NCBI GenBank assembly: GCA_046259355.1
Contig: JBJYWH010000298.1
Location: 10,895-74,352, forward strand
Source of the DNA: Anaerolineales bacterium
Lineage (GTDB): Bacteria; Chloroflexota; Anaerolineae; Anaerolineales; E44-bin32
Direction: 5' to 3'
Length of the DNA stretch: 63,458 nucleotides
Part shown: piece after piece, positions 15,328 through 23,469 of the stretch
Layout: each line of letters starts with the position of its first letter
Position numbering within the stretch: the stretch's first letter is position 1
Program-made: the position numbers and the translations under genes
The notes under the pieces: model-generated
Database searches by the model: none
Told to the model about the DNA's origin: nothing
What the model saw: the letters and a program-made list of their open reading frames with translations, nothing else

Positions 15328-17600
15328 CAGGGTGTGGGTGTGGTATCACCCTCCTCGGGTTCGGGGGTGCGTTCGACCCACAGCCTCGATTCCCAGGGGA
15401 AGGGTTGAATCGGCCGGCCTTTGAAGTAGGTCTCCATCAGGCGGCGGAAGATCGGCGCGGCCCAGTCCGAACCTTCGCCGATATTTTCCACGATGACCGC
15501 GATGGCGATATCCGGCTGGTCCTCGCGGTTCTCGTAGGAATATCCTGCGAACCAGGCATGCGATTCGGCAATCCCGGTCGTGGTTGCGGTCCCGGTTTTG
15601 CCGGCGATGTTCAGGTTCAAGCCCAGCATGCGGCGGTAGGCTGTGCCGCGCGTGTCCTCGATCACCATCACCATCGCCTCTTGAATGGCTTTCAACGTCT
15701 CCGGGCTGATCGGCAGTGTGCCCTGCTCGATCGGCGCGAACTGCTTCAAGACCTCGCCCTCGGCGTTCTGCACCCGCTCCACCATCTGAGGCTGATAGAG
15801 CGTACCGCCGTTGCCGATTGCGGCCACGTAGCGCGCCACCTGCAGCGGGGTGACCTCGAGGAAGTTCTGGCCGATAGCCAGCTGGACCGGGTCGTTGTAG
15901 TCCCATTCCTGGCCCAGGCGTTCCATCTTCGTCTCGGGGCTGGGCACCGTTCCGGCTTCGTCCCCGATCTCGATCCCGGTCGACTGGCCCAGGCCAAAGC
16001 CCTTCGCCATGTCGGGTATAGCCGTCGGCAGGCCGTTCTGGTAGAGCGTGTACCCGATGTGGTAGAACCACGGGTTGCAGGAGCGCATCAGCCCTTCCTG
16101 CAGCGTCAGCTCGCCGGAGGGCGGCAGCTCGCGATCGTAGCGCCAGTCCTTCAGCTCCAGCCCCGGGACTTCCGTCCAGAGCAACTGGCAATCGTAGATC
16201 GTGTCCGGCTGGAACAGGCCGCTCTCGAGCGCGGCGGCCATGGTGATGATCTTGAAAATCGAGCCGGCGGGATACAGGCCCTGTACGGCTCGGTTGACGA
16301 ACGGTTGATTCGACTCGTTCAGCATCTGCAGCGTGGCATTGTCCAGGTTCGGATTCTGCGGGTTGAACAGATTCGGGTCAAAACCGGGTGAGGAAGCCAT
16401 CGCCAGCACGGCACCCGTGTCGCGTTCAACCACGACCACGGCTCCCGAAAAGCCCTGCAGTGAGCGCTGGGCCACTTCCTGTAGATCGCGGTCGAGCGTT
16501 GTGTACACGGCGTAAGGCGGCTCGGGATCCCGCCGCTCGAGAGTTTGCAGGAGATTGCTATCCGCATCGAGCAGGGAAAGCGTGCCGCCCGGCTGGCCGC
16601 GCAACTCACTCTCGTACACCTTCTCGATCCCAATGCGGCCGACATACTCATCGCCGCGGTAGCCTTCCTTCAGCTTCTGCTCGAGTTCCTCGGCCTGGAT
16701 CTGGCCGACGTAGCCCACGGCATGCGGCGCGACCCCGCCCGCGAACGGCGTCAGCCCGCTGCCATAGTAGTAGCGGGCAGCGTAGGTGTAGGCCAGCGTT
16801 CCCCCGACCGAATCGAGCAGCCCCCCCACGGTCTGGTAATCCTCGATCGGCACCTCGCCCAGCGGGGTGAACCAGTCGGTGTCGCGTATGTTATCGTAGC
16901 GCTCGAGAATCGGATCGGTGGACGCCAGGTTGAACAGCCGGCGCAGCGTGGAGAGCATGGTCTCCTCAGCCGCCTCGTCTCCGATGCGGTTGGGCACCAG
17001 CCACAATCCGGCGACGTTGTCCTGCCCGGCCGGCGGCTCGACGGCCAGCGCCTGGTCATTGCGATCATAAATGTTGGCGCGCGTCGGGTTGACAATGGTG
17101 AGCGAAAGCCGGTTGCCGCCTTCCAACTCGGGCAGGATCGTGGCATGGGTCCACGCAACCCGCCAGCCCTCACCGGAAGCACGCTCCAGGTCCATGCGGG
17201 GCTCGCGCGTGAAAGCTCCCAGCACTGTGCTCTGCAGCGTGACCCGAAAACGGACTTCCGCCCGCTCCGGGCTGGCAACCAACGCCGAGACCAGTTCGTA
17301 ATCGACCTGGTTCGATGCCAGCGCATCCTCGACATCGCCGTACGTCTGGGTGAAATCTTCGAGTGAATTGGCAGCCTGGGCACTCGGGGTGAGCATCGAG
17401 TACATGCGCTCGTAATCCCCCACCACCCAGGCATCGAGAAACGCCCGTGCGGCGCTGTTGGGGTCGGGAGCTGGCTCGGTCGTTTGAACCGGCTCGGGAA
17501 GGGTCGGCGTGCCCCCGGCTTCCGGGCTTCCACCGCCGGCGAGCGAACAGGCACTCAGGACGAACAGTATCAGGGCCAGAACCAGTGCGCGTCGTTTCAC
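15327..17600 (-). CDS. class B penicillin-binding protein (transpeptidase) with NTF2-like (MecA_N-like) N-terminal domain
   Basis: SxxK (GSIFK), SxN (RSCN) and KTGT motifs are present. The N-terminal region AARAFLDAWVVGDYERMYSML... looks NTF2-like. I prefer GTG 17600 (VKRRALVLALILFVLSAC, lipobox-like), which gives a GTGA overlap with the maf stop. The ORF-track frame extends to 17636. Confidence 0.85.
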   Translation of the reverse strand: MKRRALVLALILFVLSACSLAGGGSPEAGGTPTLPEPVQTTEPAPDPNSAARAFLDAWVVGDYERMYSMLTPSAQAANSLEDFTQTYGDVEDALASNQVDYELVSALVASPERAEVRFRVTLQSTVLGAFTREPRMDLERASGEGWRVAWTHATILPELEGGNRLSLTIVNPTRANIYDRNDQALAVEPPAGQDNVAGLWLVPNRIGDEAAEETMLSTLRRLFNLASTDPILERYDNIRDTDWFTPLGEVPIEDYQTVGGLLDSVGGTLAYTYAARYYYGSGLTPFAGGVAPHAVGYVGQIQAEELEQKLKEGYRGDEYVGRIGIEKVYESELRGQPGGTLSLLDADSNLLQTLERRDPEPPYAVYTTLDRDLQEVAQRSLQGFSGAVVVVERDTGAVLAMASSPGFDPNLFNPQNPNLDNATLQMLNESNQPFVNRAVQGLYPAGSIFKIITMAAALESGLFQPDTIYDCQLLWTEVPGLELKDWRYDRELPPSGELTLQEGLMRSCNPWFYHIGYTLYQNGLPTAIPDMAKGFGLGQSTGIEIGDEAGTVPSPETKMERLGQEWDYNDPVQLAIGQNFLEVTPLQVARYVAAIGNGGTLYQPQMVERVQNAEGEVLKQFAPIEQGTLPISPETLKAIQEAMVMVIEDTRGTAYRRMLGLNLNIAGKTGTATTTGIAESHAWFAGYSYENREDQPDIAIAVIVENIGEGSDWAAPIFRRLMETYFKGRPIQPFPWESRLWVERTPEPEEGDTTPTP

Positions 17601-18250
17601 AGATCTCCCTCGAGGATCGCCTCGTAGACACCACAATCATACCCTGTATATTGCTGGCAGGCTGCCGGGACATCAGCCGGCGGTTCATACCCCATGCTGC
17701 GCATGGCGCGCACCAGGTGGCAGAGCGGCAATCCCATCACGTTGGCGTAGCAGCCGTTCAGCGCGTCCACATCCACTGGATTGAAATCCGCGTCCTGGAT
17801 GCCGTACCCGCCGGCCTTGTCAAACGGTGAACCCCCAGCGATGTAGTCCGCCTGCTCCTGCGGGCTGTATTCGCGCATCGGCACATCCGTGCGGCACGCT
17901 TCGACCTGCTGGCGATCGGCCCCCGTGAGAACAATGGCCGTTATGACCTGGTGCACGCCCCCTCGCAGCATCTGCAGCATCTCAGCCGCCTGCCCGTCGT
18001 CCTGCGGCTTGTCGAGAATACGTTTCCCGGCCGCCACAACCGTGTCTGCCGCCAACGTGACGCCGTTCTCCCGGCACACCCGGGCAGACGCACTTGCTTT
18101 TTCCCTCGCCAGGCGCACGGCCCTGGCGAGCGGCTCCTCGCCTTCCGGGCGGGTCTCCTCCACCCGGGTCTCGCAGGTGTCGAATGTCCACCCGGTCAGC
18201 CGGAGAAGTTCCGCCCGGCGCGGTGATCCCGAAGCCAGCGTGATCTGCAT
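17597..18250 (-). CDS. maf: Maf-like nucleoside triphosphate pyrophosphatase with a Cys-containing C-terminal extension
   Basis: The start is taken at MQITLASGSPRRAELL (ATG 18250). Maf motifs are present: SGSPRR and DKAGGYGIQ. An extra ~45 aa tail follows (..CYANVMGLPLCHLVRAM..ACQQYTGYDCGVYE..). Confidence 0.85.
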   Translation of the reverse strand: MQITLASGSPRRAELLRLTGWTFDTCETRVEETRPEGEEPLARAVRLAREKASASARVCRENGVTLAADTVVAAGKRILDKPQDDGQAAEMLQMLRGGVHQVITAIVLTGADRQQVEACRTDVPMREYSPQEQADYIAGGSPFDKAGGYGIQDADFNPVDVDALNGCYANVMGLPLCHLVRAMRSMGYEPPADVPAACQQYTGYDCGVYEAILEGDL

Positions 18251-18285
18251 TTCGATTCTGCCAGCTTGTCTCACACCCAATCGGC

Positions 18286-18780
18286 CTAATGCTCCCCGTG
18301 CCGGTGTACGTGGCCGTGGTCGAGTTCTTCCGACGTTGCCGGCCGCAGACCAACGACCTTTACATCGAACAGCAGATCCTTGCCGGCCAGGGGGTGGTTG
18401 AGGTCGACCTCGACTTCCTCGCCCTCCATACCGATTACTCGCGCCAGCAGCGTATCACCATCCGGTTCACGCATTTCGAAGACCATGCCCATCTCGGGAG
18501 ACATCGTATCGGGAAAATCCTCCCGCTTGAGCGTGATAAACGCTTCAGGATCGACATCTCCATAGGCGTGAGCCGCCTCGACGGAAACCTGGCGCGTTTC
18601 TCCCACCCTCATCCCGTACAGTTCATTTTCCAACCCGGGGATGATGTGCCCCTGGCCTTGAATGAATTCAATCGGTTCCCCCTTTTCAGGGTCGGTTGAA
18701 TCGATCATTTCACCTTCAACCGTAAGCTGGTACTCCAGCTGCACGACCATGGCGTCCTTCACAACTGCATCTTCACTCAC
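18286..18780 (-). CDS. slyD: FKBP-type peptidyl-prolyl isomerase, SlyD-like, with His-rich tail
   Basis: GTG 18780 has GGGAGGA 5 nt upstream; the ORF-track frame runs to 19017. The sequence has an FKBP core, an IF-domain insert (..FIQGQGHIIPGLENEL..NHPLAGKDLLFDVKVV) and the tail DHGHVHRHGEH. Confidence 0.8.
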   Translation of the reverse strand: MSEDAVVKDAMVVQLEYQLTVEGEMIDSTDPEKGEPIEFIQGQGHIIPGLENELYGMRVGETRQVSVEAAHAYGDVDPEAFITLKREDFPDTMSPEMGMVFEMREPDGDTLLARVIGMEGEEVEVDLNHPLAGKDLLFDVKVVGLRPATSEELDHGHVHRHGEH

Positions 18781-18901
18781 GAATATCCTCCCGCCTGCCG
18801 TACTCGTCCGGTGCGGACAGGTCCGGCGGATTCTAACATAGAGACCCTGTGCGGGCCGAAAAATCGATGGGGAAGCCTGGACCGGGAAGGCCGGCGCCGG
18901 A

Positions 18902-18910
18902 TGGTACAAT
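18902..18910 (+). promoter_or_regulatory. extended -10 (TGgTACAAT) 8 nt upstream of ATG 18919; leaderless-type start
   Basis: There is no SD between the element and the ATG. Confidence 0.45.
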
Positions 18911-18918
18911 CGGCGGAT

Positions 18919-20349
18919 ATGGATCTTTTTGAGCACGCCATGCAGGATCGCATCCGGAGCGAAGCCCCGCTTGCAGCTCGCATGCGCCCGCGCACGCTGG
19001 ATGAGTTCGTCGGTCAAGAGGAAATCGTCGGGGCAGGCCGCCTGCTGCGGCGGGCGATCGAGGCCGATCGGCTCTTCTCATCCATCCTGCTGTGGGGCCC
19101 ACCCGGAACGGGGAAAACCACGCTGGCGATGGTCATCGCCAACACCACCCGCTCCCACTTCGAAACGATCTCAGCCGTTCTGGCAGGGAAAGCGGAGCTG
19201 CGCGAGGTGATCAAGGCCGCGCTCGAGCGCCGAAAAATGTACGGCACCAGGACGATCCTCTTCGTGGATGAGGTGCACCGCTGGAACAAGGCGCAGCAGG
19301 ATGCCCTGCTTCCGCACGTCGAAGCCGGCACGATCACGCTGATCGGCGCCACGACCGAGAACCCCTACTTCGAAGTGATCGGCGCACTGGTCTCACGCTC
19401 ACGAATCTTTCAGCTCCGCCCGCTCGAGGATCAGGCCGTGCGAACGATCCTGGATCGCGCCCTGACCGATTCGGAGCGCGGCTACGGGAAGCGCCAGATC
19501 GTGCTCGACCCGGAGGCTGAAGACCACCTGGTGCGCGTCGCCGGCGGTGATGCCCGCAACGCCCTCAACGCGCTCGAATTGGCAGTAGAAACGACACCAC
19601 CCGGCCCGAAAAGAAGCATCCATATCACGCTTGCCGTGGCGCAGGAATCGATCCAGCGCCGGGCCGTGCTGTACGACAAGGACGGCGACGCCCATTACGA
19701 CACCATCTCAGCCTTCATCAAGTCCGTGCGCGGCTCGGATCCGGATGCTGCGCTCTACTGGCTGGCCAAGATGCTCTATGCCGGCGAGGACCCGCGCTTC
19801 ATCCTGCGGCGCCTGCTGATCCTGGCTTCGGAAGATATCGGGCTGGCCGATCCGCAGGGCCTGGTGGTCGCGGCGGCAGCCCTGCAGTCTTTTGAATTCG
19901 TAGGCCTTCCCGAAGGCGTGTATCCGATCGTGGAGGCCACGCTTTACCTATCCACGGCACCGAAGTCCAACAGCGCCGGCGCCTACTTCAAGGCCTACAG
20001 GCTGCTGGAGGAGCGCGGTGTGGTCGAAGTCCCGCGCCACCTGCAGGATACCAATCGCGATGCAAAAGGGCTCGGACACGGTGAAGGCTATCTCTACCCG
20101 CACGACCACCCCGACCACCACGTCGGGCAGGGCTACCTGCCGCAGGACCTGCTCGGGACGTATTTCTACCGCCCAAGCGACCAGGGATACGAAACCCAGG
20201 TCGAAGCCCGGCTCGAGCGCTGGCGCGCCGCTCAACGCAAGGCGCTCGACATCGAAGAGACCTTCGAAACGCCCGACCTCTCGGAGGACGAGATCGAATC
20301 GATCAAGCGCGGCCTGACCGCACGACGGCGGTCGGAGCGGGAAGAGTAG
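18919..20349 (+). CDS. rarA: replication-associated recombination protein A (AAA+ ATPase)
   Basis: The start is taken at MDLFEHAMQD; the ORF-track frame begins at 18811. Walker A is LLWGPPGTGKTTLA and Walker B is ILFVDEVHRWNKAQQD. The MgsA C-terminal domain is present (HYD.ISAFIKS.RGSDPDAALYWLA). Confidence 0.9.
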   Translation: MDLFEHAMQDRIRSEAPLAARMRPRTLDEFVGQEEIVGAGRLLRRAIEADRLFSSILLWGPPGTGKTTLAMVIANTTRSHFETISAVLAGKAELREVIKAALERRKMYGTRTILFVDEVHRWNKAQQDALLPHVEAGTITLIGATTENPYFEVIGALVSRSRIFQLRPLEDQAVRTILDRALTDSERGYGKRQIVLDPEAEDHLVRVAGGDARNALNALELAVETTPPGPKRSIHITLAVAQESIQRRAVLYDKDGDAHYDTISAFIKSVRGSDPDAALYWLAKMLYAGEDPRFILRRLLILASEDIGLADPQGLVVAAAALQSFEFVGLPEGVYPIVEATLYLSTAPKSNSAGAYFKAYRLLEERGVVEVPRHLQDTNRDAKGLGHGEGYLYPHDHPDHHVGQGYLPQDLLGTYFYRPSDQGYETQVEARLERWRAAQRKALDIEETFETPDLSEDEIESIKRGLTARRRSEREE

Positions 20350-20351
20350 CG

Positions 20352-20975
20352 ATGGCCATCTTCTATCTCATCCGGCACGGACAGAATGACTACGTCGCCA
20401 GGGGAAAACTCGCCGGGCGCCTGCCCGGGGTACACCTGGACGAGGTCGGCCAGAAACAGGCGCGTGCGCTGGCCGATCAACTGAAGGACGTGCGCTTCCA
20501 GGCCATCTACGCCAGCCCGCTCGAGCGCGCCATGGAGACCGCCGCACCGCTGGCGGCCATGCAAGGTAAGAAAATCCAGCCGCTGGACGGCCTGCTCGAA
20601 ATCGATTATGGAAAATGGCAGGGCGCATCGCTGAAATCGCTCCATCACCGCAAGATGTGGGATGTGATTCAGCGCCAGCCCTCCCTGGCGCATTTCCCAG
20701 AGGGGGAGTCATTTTCACAGGCCCAGGCACGCGTGGTCGCCGCCCTGGAGCTGCTTCGAGAACGGCACCGCTCGAAGAAGGCCTGTGTGGCCTGCGTTTT
20801 CCACTCCGACCCGATCAAGCTCGCCATCGCCCATTACCTCGGACTGCCGCAGGATCTTTTCCACCGTCTGACGATTGAGCCGGCTTCGGTCAGCGTGCTC
20901 GCCATCGGCGAGAATTTCACACGTCTCATCACGCTGAATGACAGCCGCGCCACGCGCGCCGGTGCCGCGGGGTGA
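20352..20975 (+). CDS. histidine phosphatase (phosphoglycerate-mutase-like) family protein
   Basis: 207 aa with the RHG motif (FYLIRHGQNDY) and a downstream catalytic His region (CVFHSDPIK). It starts 2 nt after the rarA stop. Confidence 0.8.
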   Translation: MAIFYLIRHGQNDYVARGKLAGRLPGVHLDEVGQKQARALADQLKDVRFQAIYASPLERAMETAAPLAAMQGKKIQPLDGLLEIDYGKWQGASLKSLHHRKMWDVIQRQPSLAHFPEGESFSQAQARVVAALELLRERHRSKKACVACVFHSDPIKLAIAHYLGLPQDLFHRLTIEPASVSVLAIGENFTRLITLNDSRATRAGAAG

Positions 20976-21029
20976 TATACTTCCGTCCGTAGCACGGGTT
21001 GTTTTTGCCACGCACAGCGGTGGGGTTTC

Positions 21030-21557
21030 ATGGCTTCGATCACCTACGAACTTCGTCCCGTCGAACACATCACGACCGGCGCCATCGGGCAGCCCGGCAA
21101 GCGCGTCTTCTACCTTCAGGGCAGCGCCGGCGACCAGCTGGTGACCCTGATCGTCGAGAAGCAGCAGGTGCAGTCGCTGGCAGTCGGGCTGGAGCAGTTC
21201 CTGGTCGACCTGCAGGAGCGCCTGCCAGACCTGCCGGAAGCTTCGGTTGATTTCGAAGAGGATGAAATGACGCTGCGCGAGCCGATCGACCCGGCTTTTC
21301 GAGTCGGTCACATGGGCCTCGGGTACGACGAGGAAGACGACCTGCTCGTGCTGGTGGCGCGTGAAATCCAGCCGCCGGATGCGGATCCGGAGCTGGCTGC
21401 GGTGGCCCGCTTCTGGTGCACCCGCTCACAACTGCGGAAAATGTGCGCATGGGGCTTGATCGTATCCGAACGCGGGCGTCCGATCTGCGGCAACTGTGGC
21501 GAACCGATCGATCCTGAAGGCCATTTCTGCCCCAAGCGCAACGGCCACAAACACTGA
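21030..21557 (+). CDS. DUF3090-like conserved protein with C-terminal Cys cluster
   Basis: 175 aa. The N-terminus is ITTGAIGQPGKRVFYLQ and the C-terminus is CGNCGEPIDPEGHFCPKRNGH. It matches my recollection of the DUF3090 / TIGR03847 family. Confidence 0.7.
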   Translation: MASITYELRPVEHITTGAIGQPGKRVFYLQGSAGDQLVTLIVEKQQVQSLAVGLEQFLVDLQERLPDLPEASVDFEEDEMTLREPIDPAFRVGHMGLGYDEEDDLLVLVAREIQPPDADPELAAVARFWCTRSQLRKMCAWGLIVSERGRPICGNCGEPIDPEGHFCPKRNGHKH

Positions 21558-21603
21558 ATGACGAGATCCGGGCACCTGCGCCCGTCCCCTTTCCGCTCAC
21601 GGC

Positions 21604-22335
21604 ATGATGGACGAACGCCCTTCCGACGTTGAAATTCTGGAGACGCTGAACTGCGGTTCGATTGAACCCATCGGTCAGGTCGTCTGGGGATCGAACTACA
21701 CCTTCCTGGTCAGGGTCGTCCACGGAACCGATGCGCGGCAGGCAATCTACAAGCCAGCCCGTGGTGAGCGACCGCTGTGGGATTTTCCGCACGGCAGCCT
21801 CGTGGAACGCGAAGTCGCGGCATACCTGGTGAGTGAGGCGCTCGGCTGGCGATTTGTCCCTCCCACGGTCCTGCGGACGGATGCACCAGCCGGCCCGGGA
21901 TCGCTGCAGCTCTACATCGAATCTGAACCCGAACTTCACTATTTCACCTTCAGCGACGAACAGAAAGAGCGTCTGCGCCCGGTGGTGCTCTTTGATCTGC
22001 TGATCAATAATGCCGATCGAAAAGCCGGTCACCTGCTGATCGATGCGGAAGACCGCCTGTGGCTGATCGACCACGGCGTGTGCTTCCACGATGAACCCAA
22101 GCTGCGCACGGTCATCTGGGATTTCGTGGGCGAGCCCATCCCCACCGAACTGCTGGACGACGTGCGCTCGCTGCTCCGGCAGCTGGAGGCGGGTAAGAGC
22201 CTGCACGAACGGCTGCTGGACTTGCTTTCGCCGAGCGAAATCACGGCGCTGCGTATACGCGCCAATGACCTGCTGGCCGAACCCGCATTTCCGGAACCCG
22301 GGCCGGGGCGGCCCTACCCCTGGCCGTTGGTATAA
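21604..22335 (+). CDS. SCO1664-like protein with PI3/PI4-kinase-like catalytic motifs
   Basis: 243 aa. NNADRKAGHLL resembles a catalytic loop and LIDHGVCFH resembles a DFG-equivalent. Confidence 0.7.
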   Translation: MMDERPSDVEILETLNCGSIEPIGQVVWGSNYTFLVRVVHGTDARQAIYKPARGERPLWDFPHGSLVEREVAAYLVSEALGWRFVPPTVLRTDAPAGPGSLQLYIESEPELHYFTFSDEQKERLRPVVLFDLLINNADRKAGHLLIDAEDRLWLIDHGVCFHDEPKLRTVIWDFVGEPIPTELLDDVRSLLRQLEAGKSLHERLLDLLSPSEITALRIRANDLLAEPAFPEPGPGRPYPWPLV

Positions 22336-22367
22336 TCGCAAGACCCGTTTAACCCATAAGGATCCCC

Positions 22368-23423
22368 ATGCCCGAGATCAAGCTGGCTTTCCTTGGATTT
22401 GGCAACGTCGGACAGGCTCTCGCCCGGCTGCTGCTGCAGAAACGTGCCTCGCTTCAGCAGGAATACGAGCTTACGTTCCGTACAGTGGGCATCTTCACAC
22501 GCTCGCACGGCGCGGCGATCGACCCGGCGGGCATCGATCTGGAATCCGCCCTGGAGAACATGAGCACGGAAATACCGCTCGATTCCATGAACGCCCATCC
22601 CTCGATTCCCGATGCGCTCGCCTTTATCAAGGACTGCGCTGCCGACGTGCTTTTCGAGAATTCACCCGTAAATTATGCGGACGGCGAACCTGCTCTCACA
22701 CACCTGAGAACCGCCCTCGAATGCGGCATGCACGCCATCACGGCCAATAAAGGTCCGGTCGTTCACGGTTATCAGGAACTCCAGCGCCTGGCTGCTTCCA
22801 TGGGCCGACGCTTCCTGTTCGAATCGACGGTTATGGACGGCGCGCCGATCTTCTCGCTGTGGCGCGAGGCGCTGCCGGGAGCGGAGCTCACCTCGCTGCG
22901 CGGGGTGCTGAACTCAACCACCAACCTGATCCTCACCCGCATGGAAGCGGGCGAGTCTTTCGACGAGGCGGTTGCGTATGCGCAGCGCATCGGGATCGCC
23001 GAGACCGATCCCTCCGGGGACATCGACGGCTGGGATGCCGCCGTCAAAGTGGCGGCGCTGGTGACGGTCCTGATGGGCGAGCGCTTGCTGCCAGCCCAGG
23101 TCGACCGCCAGGGCATCCGTACCATCACGCTCGAAGACGTGAAGAATGCCCACGGGGAGGGGAAACGCTGGAAGCTGGTTTGTGAGGCCGAGCGCACGGC
23201 AAGCGGTCTCCGCGCCCGTGTTCAGCCCCGCTACCTCAACCACGAAGATCCGCTCTTCACCGTCATGGGCACTTCCTCCGCGGTGACGTTCCACAGCGAT
23301 GTGCTCGGCGCGCTGACGGTGACGGAAGAAGATCCCGGACCCCACACTACAGCCTACGGGCTGCTGGCGGATCTGTTGAACGCGGCAGCACCCGGTCGCC
23401 AGGACCCACGTCCATCGAACTGA
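22368..23423 (+). CDS. hom: homoserine dehydrogenase (no ACT domain)
   Basis: 351 aa. It has a Rossmann N-terminus (LGFGNVGQALARLL), ANKGP and IGIAETDPSGDIDGWDAAVK. TGgTATAAT lies at 22328-22336. Confidence 0.85.
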   Translation: MPEIKLAFLGFGNVGQALARLLLQKRASLQQEYELTFRTVGIFTRSHGAAIDPAGIDLESALENMSTEIPLDSMNAHPSIPDALAFIKDCAADVLFENSPVNYADGEPALTHLRTALECGMHAITANKGPVVHGYQELQRLAASMGRRFLFESTVMDGAPIFSLWREALPGAELTSLRGVLNSTTNLILTRMEAGESFDEAVAYAQRIGIAETDPSGDIDGWDAAVKVAALVTVLMGERLLPAQVDRQGIRTITLEDVKNAHGEGKRWKLVCEAERTASGLRARVQPRYLNHEDPLFTVMGTSSAVTFHSDVLGALTVTEEDPGPHTTAYGLLADLLNAAAPGRQDPRPSN

Positions 23424-23469
23424 CTGCTTTTTCACCGTCGATCAACGGTATCCACTGGGAGGCTCGAGC

